A stretch of 64,000 nucleotides of DNA from Planctomycetota bacterium (GCA_965248575.1 CBDFJQ010000002.1:4448001-4512000); one strand, 5' to 3'. Counted from the stretch's first letter, positions 1-9,959 are shown. The notes: generated by a model from the sequence alone, not told the origin. Numbers and translations: made by a program.

Positions 1-1
1 C

Positions 2-388
2 AACTGGGACGAGCAATTCCGCTCGTCCGGCGACCTCGGGCCCTGGCATCCGGAGGGCGACACGGTCTGGGCGGTGGCCACGGAGTGGAACGAGTACTAC
101 AGCCTCATCGAACGCCAGGGTGTCTCCCGTTATCGCATCACCTACTTCTTCGACCGGCACGGCCAGATCGAGGGTTACATGATCTCCGCTGCCTACCCCG
201 GCGAGCCGGACGAAGCCTCGACGGATCGGATCGATGAGATCGAGGTTTGGGCCGAGGCGAATCACCCGGAGGAATGGGAGTACCTCCATCCGGGCGGTCG
301 ACTTGATCCGACCGGCGACCGCGCGCAGCGAACGCGGACACTCATCAACGAGTGGCGTCGCGAAGTCGGACTCCCGACGGTCGACTAG
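2..388 (+). CDS. hypothetical protein, 5'-truncated at window edge
   Basis: Frame +2 is open from base 2 (NWDEQFRSSGDLGPWHPEGDTVWAVATEWNEYY...) to TAG at 386-388; high-GC codon usage; no clear family motif. Confidence 0.6.
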   Translation, partial: NWDEQFRSSGDLGPWHPEGDTVWAVATEWNEYYSLIERQGVSRYRITYFFDRHGQIEGYMISAAYPGEPDEASTDRIDEIEVWAEANHPEEWEYLHPGGRLDPTGDRAQRTRTLINEWRREVGLPTVD

Positions 389-574
389 CCGTCGCCCAGC
401 CCCCTGGCACCGGTGGCGGCCCGGGCGACGGAGACCCTCACCGCCTCTCCACGCAAGCCGCCACCCGGACAAGCATGATGAGTGTGGTCTTCGAGCCGCT
501 GAGCGGGCGTCAACGGGGGTGTGGGTTGGACCAAGTCAGAGGTCTTTTCTCAGCGAGCGTCCAGTGACGCCCGG

Positions 575-1966
575 TCAGTTGGCCGTACCCTTCACGCCGT
601 TCGACAGCGTGATGCCGTGCAATGTCGAGGCATCCTCCACCAGGAATTGGAACCACACGCCCGTTCCCGCCGGCACGCCAGTCGGCCAGATCGTGGCGCC
701 CGTGAACGTTCCCGACGCGTTCGCGAAGACCGTGAGTTGGCTGGTGAACGGAAAGGAATGCACGGTGCCGCCGAGCGCTGCGAACGGCGTGGGTGCGAAG
801 GAGATCCAGGCCAGCATGAGCGCATTGGTCGCTGCATCGGTGAGCTCGACCGACGCTGTGGAGCCTGCCGTGAGCGGACCGCTGCCCGTGAGGGACGGGA
901 CGCCGTTGGCGCCCGACGTGCCACCGCCGAGATCGGTCCAGGCGCTCGACACGGGCAGCTGGATGATCACGGCCCCGTTGGGCGCGGCGCCGACGCCGTC
1001 GTACGCCGCAAGGAATGTCAGTCCGTCTCGTGACACACCCATCATCTCGGTCAGGTCCACTTCGGAGGGCATCGGAATGCCCAGATCGAAGAAGAACTCA
1101 GCGGCTAGCTTCGCGCCACCGCTCTCGGTCCAGACCCAAGGAGTCTTGCCCGTGAATGGACTGCCGTAGGAGCCGACGACCACCGTTCCATCGTCGCTGA
1201 CGCCGGTCGGCAACGAGTTGTTGTTGGGCACGTTGATCTCCGTGAAGGCGCCGTTCCGGTTCACGAACGCGCCGCGGACCTTGCCCTGGCCCGCGAAGAT
1301 GCTCCCGTCGTGGTTCATCGCTGTGATCTCGCCCTCGCCATCGGGGTTGAGCCCGAAAACGAGTGGGAAAGTCTCGACGTTCGAGGAGTCCCACAGGGCG
1401 GCGCGCCTGAAGCCGAGGGTCGGGTGCGTGTCCCAACCGCCCACCCTCGATCCGTCGCCGGCCAGCGTGCGCACGGCGCCGAAGCTGCCGGTGATCGGCA
1501 AGACGTTGTACCCGCCCGACTGAGTCCACGTGTAGGGTGTCAGGTTGCACATCAGGAAGAGTTCGCCGGCGATCTTGGAGCCGTCTGCGGAGAGGGCGTA
1601 GGGCTCCCCGTAGCCGGGACAACCACCGACCCCCGGAAAGCCGCCGAGGAACATCCACTCGCCCGAGGTCTCTGCCCAGAAACCAGATCCCTGCTTGGTG
1701 CCGAACGGGTCGTCCATCAGACCTGCAATTACAGCGCCTCCGTCGCACACGGCCCGCGGGTTGTACAGGCTTCCCGTCACCGCGACGGGTCCGGTGCTCT
1801 CCTTCCAGAGAAACGGAGCCGATCCCTGCCAGCCCGTGGCCGCGACACCGTCGCGTGACAAAGCACGGGGTGAGGCGAAGGGCAGGACCGTCACGGTCTG
1901 GGCCTCGGCCGGCGAGGAGACGGCTGCGAATCCCGCAACGAGGAGGAACGACAGGCGGTGGTTCAT
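575..1966 (-). CDS. secreted HAF-repeat-like beta-propeller protein with shared C-terminal domain (463 aa)
   Basis: Start moved to ATG 1966 (MNHRLSFLLVAGFAAVSSPAEA-Q, signal peptide). Repeats ALSRDG/ALSADGSKIAG/GVSDDGTVVVG. C-terminal domain WTDLGGG...WFQFLVED...ITLSNG at 575-940. Confidence 0.8.
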   Translation of the reverse strand: MNHRLSFLLVAGFAAVSSPAEAQTVTVLPFASPRALSRDGVAATGWQGSAPFLWKESTGPVAVTGSLYNPRAVCDGGAVIAGLMDDPFGTKQGSGFWAETSGEWMFLGGFPGVGGCPGYGEPYALSADGSKIAGELFLMCNLTPYTWTQSGGYNVLPITGSFGAVRTLAGDGSRVGGWDTHPTLGFRRAALWDSSNVETFPLVFGLNPDGEGEITAMNHDGSIFAGQGKVRGAFVNRNGAFTEINVPNNNSLPTGVSDDGTVVVGSYGSPFTGKTPWVWTESGGAKLAAEFFFDLGIPMPSEVDLTEMMGVSRDGLTFLAAYDGVGAAPNGAVIIQLPVSSAWTDLGGGTSGANGVPSLTGSGPLTAGSTASVELTDAATNALMLAWISFAPTPFAALGGTVHSFPFTSQLTVFANASGTFTGATIWPTGVPAGTGVWFQFLVEDASTLHGITLSNGVKGTAN

Positions 1967-2278
1967 GGGAGAGATCCGGATCGGAGAAAATGCGAGCGAT
2001 GCTCGGAAAGCGAGCCAGCATGAGGTGAGCGCGCGGAAGCCGTGTGACATCTCCATCGCGCACCAGATCAAGGCTAGTCGATCTGGGTCTGCCCAGGCCA
2101 AGAAGCTCCGCAATCGGCAACACCAGCTCCGACTGGTCCAGCCCCCACGAGGCGTTCCAGGCCGGGTATCACGCTTTCCGCGAGGCCGAGAGCGGCGATG
2201 CACGGGGCGGTGTCGCAGGAGTATGGAGGTGGGTTGCCTCGAGCAGGGCTGTGCCGACGACTTGCAACGGACCCCCGA

Positions 2279-3661
2279 TCACTGCGCCCCCGCGTGCAAC
2301 GCGTTCGACAACGTAAACCCGTCCGGTGTCGTGGCGTCCTGCACGAGGAACTGCAGCCAGAACTCGAATCCGGAGGGCAGGCTCGCGGGCCAGTTCGTGG
2401 CGAGGTCGAGCGTGCCGGCGGGGGTCGCGGCGTAGACCAGCTGCGACGTGAAGGGGAAGACGTGCATCGTGCCGCCGGCGAGCGGGATCGGCATCGAGTC
2501 CGACGCGAGCCACGCGATGAGCAGGGCGTTCGGCGGCGCGGCGTCGAGCGAGATGGCGACGGGCTGGCCGGTGAAGAGCGCGCCGGAGCCTGCGAGCTCT
2601 GGCGTGCCAGCGGCACCCGCCGAGCCGCCGCCTGCGTCGATCCAGCAGGTGTGGGGCGGGTCCAGGTCGGGGGCGCACGGGTCAGGCTCGGTGCACGATC
2701 CGAAGAAGGCGTCGATCAGGTCCGCCTCCTCGCGCGTCATGCATGGAATGACGCGGGTCTCTACGTCAAAGTCTGGCGCGTCGGCCACGCTGAAGATATT
2801 GGCCCACTCATCGAAGTCCGCGACGATGCTCTGCGTCCCGGCCGAGGTGCACCAGTCGCGTTGGCTGCTCACATCCACGGCGACGACGTCGACCGTGTCC
2901 CCGTCGCAGTTCCAGTCGACGGGGCCGTAGCCGATGCCCACCGACTCGTCGAGGGCTGTCTCGTCAATATCGAGCGTGCAGACGTGATCCGCCGAGTAGT
3001 CCAGCTGGTGGAAGGGGTGCCCGCTGGGGACGAGGCCCTCGCACTCCATCTGGGCCCGCACGCCGCGGGTCTGGTAGCGGTACGCCATGACGCTCGGGAG
3101 GTTCGGCTTGTACTGCGCTACGAGCGAGCTCGACTGGTCGCCCGAGTGGGAGAGCCCGAGGTTGTGGCCGAGCTCGTGCATGAAGGTGCCGGCCCGGTCG
3201 AATGGGGTGCCGACCTCCCCGGGCCAGGCGCCGAGGCTCACCATGAACTCGTCGCCGAACAGCTCGCCCAGGCCGGAGCTCGTCGTGGGGGTGCCGCCGA
3301 ACTCGTATTGGTGGATGAAGACGCCGTAGTGCCAGCCGGTTCCAGCGGGATGGTCGCGGTAGGTGGTCTCGATGGTGGCCCACTCGCCGCTGCTGAACGA
3401 GCCATCGATGAACTCGAGCGCGGCGGTCTCGGGGATCGAGTCGCTGAACTCGATGTTGAGCGTCACGCCGCGGCGCGCGAAGGCCTGCACGACGCCGTCG
3501 AGCTCACACATCGAGGGCGCGTGGTCGTGGTCGCCAGCGGTGAACCAGTCGACTTCGACGTTGACGGTCGTCGTACCGGCGAGGGCGGGCGTCGCGCCCA
3601 CTGCGGGAGTCAGGGCCGGAGCGAAGAGAAGGACGAGGGCGGCGAGAGGGAGAGCGGGCAT
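2279..3661 (-). CDS. secreted metzincin zinc metalloprotease with shared C-terminal domain (460 aa)
   Basis: Signal peptide MPALPLAALVLLFAPALTPAVGA; zinc motif HELGHNLGLSH (HExxHxxGxxH) and Met-turn SVMAY; shared C-terminal domain at 2279-2644. Confidence 0.85.
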   Translation of the reverse strand: MPALPLAALVLLFAPALTPAVGATPALAGTTTVNVEVDWFTAGDHDHAPSMCELDGVVQAFARRGVTLNIEFSDSIPETAALEFIDGSFSSGEWATIETTYRDHPAGTGWHYGVFIHQYEFGGTPTTSSGLGELFGDEFMVSLGAWPGEVGTPFDRAGTFMHELGHNLGLSHSGDQSSSLVAQYKPNLPSVMAYRYQTRGVRAQMECEGLVPSGHPFHQLDYSADHVCTLDIDETALDESVGIGYGPVDWNCDGDTVDVVAVDVSSQRDWCTSAGTQSIVADFDEWANIFSVADAPDFDVETRVIPCMTREEADLIDAFFGSCTEPDPCAPDLDPPHTCWIDAGGGSAGAAGTPELAGSGALFTGQPVAISLDAAPPNALLIAWLASDSMPIPLAGGTMHVFPFTSQLVYAATPAGTLDLATNWPASLPSGFEFWLQFLVQDATTPDGFTLSNALHAGAQ

Positions 3662-3963
3662 GGCGGGGGCCGTTTCGGGGAAACTGGCGGACTTCGGAGG
3701 CAACAGCCTACCGTGGGTCCAGGCTCTGCGGGTGCCGGAGTCGTACGCATTGCCTACGAACTTCGGTACCCATGGTCGAGTGCCACGACGCGCGTAGTCG
3801 TTGAGCCACAGTCGTCCCCCGAGCTTCTCGTTCGCCCCGTCAGGTGGTGACCTCTATAGTGCGAGGCCTGAGGTCCGGGGGACCTGTCAGCAATGGAAGC
3901 GGGCGCAAGATCTGGGACACCACCCGACTCTGCGAGCACACATCCGTCCCACGGAGAGGTTCC

Positions 3964-5187
3964 ATGAACAGAACCAGGCTTGCCGTTTTGATCGCGTTCC
4001 TCCTGACGGTCGTCGGCTGCGCATCAAGCGGCCCTCAAGATGCTTTCGGCAACACGCCCACGTATCACGTCATCGACCTGGGGCCGCGCTCGCCGCTGCT
4101 GAGGACGTGGACTCCTCGCCCCTTCGAGGGCACACCGTTCGAGAAGATCCACGGGAAGAACGATCCTCTCGTGGTCGAGGGGCTACCCGACTCCTTCTTC
4201 GACGCCCTGGAGCTCCTGGTGGGCTCTTCCTTCGGCGGGCCGTTGCCACCGGCGAGCGGCATCGCGAGGGACATCGATGAGCAAGGCCGCGTGGCGGGGC
4301 ATGCCTTGCAGGCGCTGTCGCCACTCACCACCCGCAACGTTCCAGCGCTCTACTCCAAGAACCAGGTGTTTCACCTCGATGCGCCGAGCTCTGGTGTGGC
4401 GATGGGCATGAACAACAACCTGCAACTCGTGGGCGCGTACAACGACACCGACGGGCTGAATCAGGCTTTCGTGTGGCACGGGCGGTTCGGCCAGTTCGAG
4501 TCGCTGCCGCAGGTGCCGAACCAATCGCGCGTGGCCACGGCGATCGCAGACGACGGGACCATCGTGGGTTTCAGCAGCACTCCCAACGGGTTCAAGCCCT
4601 TCAAGATGGTCGACGGCGAACTCCAGGAGCTGGCGACGACCTTCAACCGGACGTTCGCCAACGACGTCAACGACGACGGCCTCATCGTGGGTCGCGAGCG
4701 GCAGGCCGGGAAGAACACCGCCGTGAAGTGGGAGGATGGCGCCATCTCCCCGTTGAATGGAACGACGGACGGCGACGGCAAGCTCGTGGACTCCGTGGCT
4801 AACGCCGTCAACGACAAGGGACTGATCGCCGGGCGCCTTGGCACGCGGGCTGTCGTCTGGACCCCGTACGGCGTGGTGCTGGATGTTGCGGGAGGTTCGT
4901 TCCCTGCCGAGGCTCGTGACGTGAACACGCTGGGCCAGGTGGTCGGCACCGTCACGACGTGGCGCGACTACGCCTTCATCTATCCCAGTGCCGGCAGTGA
5001 AGCGCTCGAGCTGCTGATCGACCAAAGCCTCCCCTGGGTGTTCCATCAGGCCGTCGCCATCAACGACAAGGGCTGGATCACTGGCAACGGAGATCTCGCT
5101 GGCGAGTCGCGCGTTTTCCTGCTCGTCCCGTGGGGGGAGCTGTACAGCCCCGGCGGCACCGGCCCGATCGTCGGCGTGGTGCCGTAA
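3964..5187 (+). CDS. lipoprotein with HAF-type extracellular repeats; C-terminal domain truncated (407 aa)
   Basis: GGAGAGG RBS before ATG 3964; lipobox VVGC; repeats ARDIDEQGRVAG/ANDVNDDGLIVG/ANAVNDKGLIAG/AVAINDKGWITG; ends WGELYSPGGTG..VP*, resembling the start of the shared C-terminal domain. Confidence 0.8.
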   Translation: MNRTRLAVLIAFLLTVVGCASSGPQDAFGNTPTYHVIDLGPRSPLLRTWTPRPFEGTPFEKIHGKNDPLVVEGLPDSFFDALELLVGSSFGGPLPPASGIARDIDEQGRVAGHALQALSPLTTRNVPALYSKNQVFHLDAPSSGVAMGMNNNLQLVGAYNDTDGLNQAFVWHGRFGQFESLPQVPNQSRVATAIADDGTIVGFSSTPNGFKPFKMVDGELQELATTFNRTFANDVNDDGLIVGRERQAGKNTAVKWEDGAISPLNGTTDGDGKLVDSVANAVNDKGLIAGRLGTRAVVWTPYGVVLDVAGGSFPAEARDVNTLGQVVGTVTTWRDYAFIYPSAGSEALELLIDQSLPWVFHQAVAINDKGWITGNGDLAGESRVFLLVPWGELYSPGGTGPIVGVVP

Positions 5188-5197
5188 CGGCCCGACC

Positions 5198-5370
5198 GCG
5201 GTTGGGGACTTCTTCGGCGGCGCGGTCGCCGTTTCGGGTTACGTGCTCGTCGTCGGTTTCCCGCGGGCCTGGCCCCGAGGACGCAGGTCTGGTTCCAGTT
5301 CGTGCTGCAGGACCTGGCTGTGCCCTGCGGCCTCACACTCACCAACGGGGTCCGCGCGACGAGTCCGTGA
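5198..5370 (+). pseudogene. chimeric relic: FG-GAP repeat fragment followed by the last third of the shared C-terminal domain
   Basis: 5201-5257 reads VGDFFGGAVAVSGYVLVVG (frame 2). 5260-5370 reads PAGLAPRTQVWFQFVLQDLAVPCGLTLTNGVRATSP* in frame 1, the frame of the upstream gene. Confidence 0.75.
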
Positions 5371-5435
5371 GCGGCTTTGAATCGCCCCTCCACGTTCGAC
5401 TCTTCCGCCAGGGCTTCAGACGCAGACATCCAGCT

Positions 5436-5780
5436 TCATTTCTTTGCCGTTCGTTTCCGCTTCTTCTGTTTCCCGCGCTCAACCTCCTTCGCCAGGGCTT
5501 CGAGCTTTGGTTCCCAGAAGCGTCTGAACGGCGCAAGCCATTGGTCCACGTCTTGGAGGCCACTCGGCTCAAGCGAGTAGATACGTCGTGCGCCGTCGAC
5601 ACGTACGTTGGCAAAGTTGTTGTCCCGCAGCACCTTGAGATGTTGGGAGATTGCTGGCTGTGAGATTCTGAACTCTTCGCCTACAGAAGAGGCGACCTCG
5701 CCCGACGACAGATCCTGGACGCTGAGATGTTCAAGGATTCGTCGCCGTACCGGGTCGCTCAGAATCGTGAAGGCTTGCAT
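5436..5780 (-). CDS. ArsR/SmtB-family HTH transcriptional regulator (SRPBCC-associated)
   Basis: LSDPVRRRIL...ISQPAISQHLKVLR...GARRIY...W...FW pattern; directly downstream of an SRPBCC gene. Confidence 0.9.
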   Translation of the reverse strand: MQAFTILSDPVRRRILEHLSVQDLSSGEVASSVGEEFRISQPAISQHLKVLRDNNFANVRVDGARRIYSLEPSGLQDVDQWLAPFRRFWEPKLEALAKEVERGKQKKRKRTAKK

Positions 5781-5796
5781 GTTGGTTCGCCCCTGA

Positions 5797-6441
5797 TCAG
5801 TGTTCTAGTTCCACGCCACAGTAGAACGCAGCCGTTTCTGCAGCCATGGCTTCGGAGGCGCCTGCTTCTTCGCCGGCTTGGATGTGGGCCTCACCCCAGG
5901 CCTTTGCACAGCCCTCAATGAAGACCTTGCCGTTCGTGGACGCCGTCCAGGCATTCGTTTCGCTCTCAAGAACAGGTTGTCCGGTCTTCAGGTATTGACC
6001 CAGACCCAAGAACCCAAGCTCCCAGCCCACGCCCGTCGCTCCTGGGCCGTACTTCTTCCAATGAGCTTCACTCTGTTCGTCCTTGCCGATGAGGTGCTCA
6101 AGGGTCAACCGAGTTCCGTCGCTGACGGGCTCCAGTCGCACCGTCACCCAACTGACGTTGTCGCCATACTCCCACGTGATGTCCAAAGCGGCCGGCCGAT
6201 GACAGCGAGTGATCTCACCGCCTGCGTTGCCCTCCACCTGATAGCGACCTCCCAGCTGCAACTCTCCGGAGATCGGTCCGAACCAACGGGGAATGCGTTC
6301 AGCGTTTGTGACTGCGTCCCACAACTCTTCGGTGTCAACGTCATAAGTGCGGGCCCCGCTCACGATGCGTACCGGCTGCCCCTTGTGCTCCCCGTCCTTG
6401 ACCACGTGGTCTTCGATCCCTAATGCGTTGCTGTAGTCCAT
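5797..6441 (-). CDS. SRPBCC/AHSA1-like (START) domain protein
   Basis: ELWDAVTNAERIPRWFGPISGEL.LGGRYQ.EGNAGG...GTRLTLEH...GPGATGVGW. Confidence 0.9.
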   Translation of the reverse strand: MDYSNALGIEDHVVKDGEHKGQPVRIVSGARTYDVDTEELWDAVTNAERIPRWFGPISGELQLGGRYQVEGNAGGEITRCHRPAALDITWEYGDNVSWVTVRLEPVSDGTRLTLEHLIGKDEQSEAHWKKYGPGATGVGWELGFLGLGQYLKTGQPVLESETNAWTASTNGKVFIEGCAKAWGEAHIQAGEEAGASEAMAAETAAFYCGVELEH

Positions 6442-6445
6442 TTGA

Positions 6446-7336
6446 TCAATCCTGTTCTTTGAGGAAGGCCTGCATGCTCTTCACGTAATCCGGGCTCATC
6501 AACGTGCTGTTGTGATCAAGCCCCTCTAGGACGACCAGCTGCGACATGGACATGAGTTCCTTCGTCTCTTCAGCCGAAGCCTTGAGAGGGTCCTCACCGC
6601 CGACGAGTAGAAGCACAGGAACCTCGTTTGCTTTGAGCTTCTCCTTGGTGACCGTCAGCTGTTGGTGGCCCAGGGCCACTTTGGCGAGTGCATTCTCGTC
6701 TTGGTTCGCAAGGAACATCTTGTTGGTCTGGTCGATTTGCTCGTCCGTTGGTTTGGGCGCTCCCGGAGGCGTGTAAGCGAGGACGAGTGGCTCGAGACCT
6801 CTGCCCGCTTCCAACGACCTCCCCAGCGATTCCATGAATGCGAGCTGCGCGGAACCCTCCAGCATCGCGCCACCGCCCCCGAGAATGGCTGATCTCACGC
6901 GCTGCGGATGGGCTTCCACGACCTTTGCGGCAAGGAAGGCTCCCATCGAGTATCCGACGATGTGGGCTTTCTCGATCTTGAGATGGTCGAGCAGCCTGAC
7001 GACATCCTCGATCATTTCGAGACCATAGTGCTCCGCGTCCTTCGGCTTGCCACTTCGTCCGTGGCCTTTGCAATCCGCCGCGATGACCATGAAATCCTTG
7101 GACAAGGTCTCAAAGACGGTCTTGAACTTGTCTTGCTCAGCCGGTGGGAGAAAGGGGGGTGGTGCGATCCAGTCCTGACTGCTTCCGATGAACCCATGAA
7201 TGAGCACAACTGGCTCGCCCGCTCCGGCAACCGTGTAGTGAATCTTTGTGCCGTTCGAATCAAAGGATTCCTGAGCCTGGCACGTGGCGCTGCCAAGCAG
7301 GGAAAGAACGAACATCAAGCTCGCCAGTGAGTTCAT
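6446..7336 (-). CDS. exported alpha/beta hydrolase
   Basis: Signal peptide; VVLIHG oxyanion segment, GHGRS, nucleophile GYSMG, later GGED and LDH catalytic residues. Confidence 0.9.
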   Translation of the reverse strand: MNSLASLMFVLSLLGSATCQAQESFDSNGTKIHYTVAGAGEPVVLIHGFIGSSQDWIAPPPFLPPAEQDKFKTVFETLSKDFMVIAADCKGHGRSGKPKDAEHYGLEMIEDVVRLLDHLKIEKAHIVGYSMGAFLAAKVVEAHPQRVRSAILGGGGAMLEGSAQLAFMESLGRSLEAGRGLEPLVLAYTPPGAPKPTDEQIDQTNKMFLANQDENALAKVALGHQQLTVTKEKLKANEVPVLLLVGGEDPLKASAEETKELMSMSQLVVLEGLDHNSTLMSPDYVKSMQAFLKEQD

Positions 7337-7426
7337 TGGGCTGGCTCCAACAGAGAAGTGCTACGAGGACAGGAAAGCGATTCGAACCGAGCGATGGTTC
7401 ATCCCGCACATCTAAGCGAAAGGCTA

Positions 7427-7444
7427 TATTAGTGAGCGCTTATA
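7427..7444. promoter_or_regulatory. imperfect palindrome, candidate ArsR operator for the hydrolase-SRPBCC-ArsR operon
   Basis: TATTAGT-GAGC-GCTTATA, an AT-rich imperfect inverted repeat ~90 bp upstream of ATG 7336. Confidence 0.4.
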
Positions 7445-7589
7445 CGCAAGGGCGATTGGAGATTCTCGGAGAGGTTCCCGCCCCGCCCTGTCTCCCGGCT
7501 TCTGCCTAGGCTCCCTCCAAGCGTGCACGCTCACCTATCCACCAGCTTTGGAGGGGCGGGTGGTGAGCGCGTGAGCCTGAGGGAGCGCG

Positions 7590-8504
7590 TCAATTCGCCT
7601 CCGGGACCTTGCGCATGGAACGCTCTAGGAAGCCGAGGACGCGCGACCTGTACTCCAGGGGGGAGGCGTCCAGCAGATTGACATGGCCCGCCTGATCCAC
7701 GATCCATAACTCCTTGGGTTCGCGTGCGGCAGAGAACATCTCCCTGGTTTCAGCAACCGTCGTGTGGCGGTCCTGGCTGCCCGTGGCCAGGAGCACGGGG
7801 CAGCCCACTTGGGCCAAGTGGTCGATGGGTCGCAGCTCTGGACCCGAGACCCCAAGCCGCGGCCCGAGTTGTCCCAACAACAGCTCCGCTGGGACCCATG
7901 AGAACAGGCCGAGTTGGAGGCGCACGCGGTTGTGGACCGCGTCGCGAACACGGGGAAACACGGACTCGAGCACCAAGGCGTCGATGCCCAGGGGTGAGGC
8001 CAAGACAGCTGAAGCACCCCCGAGCGAGACGCCCACGACGGCGATCGGCTCGCCCGGATGCGCCTTTCGTGCGAACTCAACAGCCGCTTGGACGTCGAGT
8101 CGTTCCAGATGTCCGAGTGTGATCTGCTCGCCGGGGCTCTCACCATGCGCCTGAAGATCGATCATCACGATCGAGTAGCCGGCCTCGTAGAACATCCGCG
8201 CCCGCCCCAGCATGAAGAGACGCGAAGCGCGGATGGGGTGAAGCAGGACGATCACGCCGCTGCGGGACCCTGAAGTGATGTGCCATCCAGACAAGGAGGC
8301 TCCGGACTGGTGCGCGATGGACACGGTGATCGCGGGGAGATCGGGCGGCGGAGCCCCAATCACTCGGGGCTGCGGAGCCAGGAGCTGGCTGCCTACGACC
8401 CACGAGGCAACGAGGCCCAAGGGGACCAGGACGAGCAGGCCGACGAGAACTCGACGGAGGACGCGATCTCGTGGGCTGGAGCTGCGCAATGCCGGAAGTC
8501 CCAT
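7590..8504 (-). CDS. membrane-anchored alpha/beta hydrolase (Hydrolase_4-like)
   Basis: N-terminal transmembrane segment; DLQAHGES; nucleophile GVSLG; GSQD; AGH. Confidence 0.88.
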   Translation of the reverse strand: MGLPALRSSSPRDRVLRRVLVGLLVLVPLGLVASWVVGSQLLAPQPRVIGAPPPDLPAITVSIAHQSGASLSGWHITSGSRSGVIVLLHPIRASRLFMLGRARMFYEAGYSIVMIDLQAHGESPGEQITLGHLERLDVQAAVEFARKAHPGEPIAVVGVSLGGASAVLASPLGIDALVLESVFPRVRDAVHNRVRLQLGLFSWVPAELLLGQLGPRLGVSGPELRPIDHLAQVGCPVLLATGSQDRHTTVAETREMFSAAREPKELWIVDQAGHVNLLDASPLEYRSRVLGFLERSMRKVPEAN

Positions 8505-8648
8505 GAGCGGGGCGATGTCGACGTGCCACGAGCCATGCTAGCTCTCGATCCGCAACACGGGAGCCATTGTCTGGCCTATGCTCAACCTGAGGGAGATCAC
8601 AGTGGGCATCCCACCGCCACCCGCCCCTCCATTCATAGGAGTTCGCCC

Positions 8649-9959
8649 GTGCTCAGTCGTTGCCTGCGTCTTCCGGTCCTCGCGCTCACGTTGCTCCTGC
8701 ACGTCCCGGTGTCCGCCGCCGCGGACGTCCTCACGGTGGGCGCGGCCGGCGCCTTCCCGGACATCCAGTCCGCGCTCGACGCGGCTGCCGACGGGGACGC
8801 AGTGCTCATCTCCAGCGGGACCTACGCGTCCTTCCAGGTGCCGGACCTTTCGATCTCGATCGTCTCCGACATCGGGCAGACCGTGATCGTCGAAGGCACC
8901 GTCTCCGTCCCCAACCTCGCGGCCGGACGCACGTTGCTCTTGAGTGGTCTCGAGGTGAACGGCGCCAGATCACTCGCCGGATCGGAGGAGGCGTTCGTCC
9001 TGTCGGGCCTCGACGGTTCCGTGCGCATCCAGGATTCCGTCGCGCGCGGCGCGTCCGGCGGAGGCGCTGCCGGCGCACGCGCGGCGTCGGCCGTCTCGAT
9101 TGAGGGCTGCGCCGATGTGGGGCTCTCCGGGTGCAGCCTCTTCGGTGGGATTGGGATGTCACCGTCCTCCGGTGGAGGTGCGGGCCTCGCCGTGTCATCC
9201 GGCTCGACGGTGTCCCTGGTCGAGTGCGACGTGCAGGGTGGCCGCGGCGCAGACGGCGACGGCGACCCGGTCGCGATGTCGTTCAGCGGCGGGAACGGCG
9301 GACACGGCCTGTCCGTCGACGAGGCGCTGCTGTTCGTCGCGGGCTCGACCCTCAACGGGGGCGACGGAGGCGACGGCGCGTCGTTCTTCGACCCCGGGTG
9401 CAGCGGCACGCGGGCCGGCCCGGCCGGGGACGGCGGGTCCGGCATCCGAGTGGACGGGCTTAGCTCCCGCATTCGCTGGCGGGGGCTGGCCTTCACTCCC
9501 GGGCAGCCGGGCGCCGAGGCCTCGTCCGACCCCTCCTGTCCCCGGCCGACTCCCGCCGTCGCCGGCCAAGAGATCCTGGTCGTGGCGGGATTCGTGATCG
9601 AGCTCCCGGGGACCCAGCCGACGATGTCCTTCCCCACGGTGCTGCGCCAAGGCGAGATGACGTTCGTGGAGTTCACGGGCAACCCCGGTGACTTCGCGGT
9701 GGGGATCTACCACCTGCTCCCCGAGCAGCTTTGGGTCGCGGGTGTCGGGCAGTTGCTGGTCTCCCTCGATCCACCCGTGCGCATGAAGTTCTTCGGGTCC
9801 ATCCCCGCCTCGGGTTTCCTCATCTTTCCGAAGACGCTGCCGGTGCTCGTACCCAGCATCGACTCCATCCGGTTCTACTCCCAGGCCCTCTCCGTGAACG
9901 GCCGCACGCTGACGCTCGGGACGCCGATCGGCCTGGTGCTGCTCGATCAGTCGCTCTAG
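8649..9959 (+). CDS. secreted Gly-rich beta-helix (pectin lyase-like) protein with subtype-B C-terminal domain (436 aa)
   Basis: AGGAG RBS before GTG 8649; signal peptide ending AAA-DVLTV; FPDIQSALDAAADGDAVLI.SGTY beta-helix cap; GG.GG.G repeats; paralog of 38134-39396. Confidence 0.75.
   Translation: MLSRCLRLPVLALTLLLHVPVSAAADVLTVGAAGAFPDIQSALDAAADGDAVLISSGTYASFQVPDLSISIVSDIGQTVIVEGTVSVPNLAAGRTLLLSGLEVNGARSLAGSEEAFVLSGLDGSVRIQDSVARGASGGGAAGARAASAVSIEGCADVGLSGCSLFGGIGMSPSSGGGAGLAVSSGSTVSLVECDVQGGRGADGDGDPVAMSFSGGNGGHGLSVDEALLFVAGSTLNGGDGGDGASFFDPGCSGTRAGPAGDGGSGIRVDGLSSRIRWRGLAFTPGQPGAEASSDPSCPRPTPAVAGQEILVVAGFVIELPGTQPTMSFPTVLRQGEMTFVEFTGNPGDFAVGIYHLLPEQLWVAGVGQLLVSLDPPVRMKFFGSIPASGFLIFPKTLPVLVPSIDSIRFYSQALSVNGRTLTLGTPIGLVLLDQSL

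Noticed and set aside
2198..3850. Long antisense or overlapping ORFs (e.g. 2198-3850, 19055-20818, 29165-30679, 53171-54574)
   Set aside because: Shadow ORFs typical of high-GC DNA, lying opposite well-supported genes and lacking family motifs (except the short IS3 motif reported separately).
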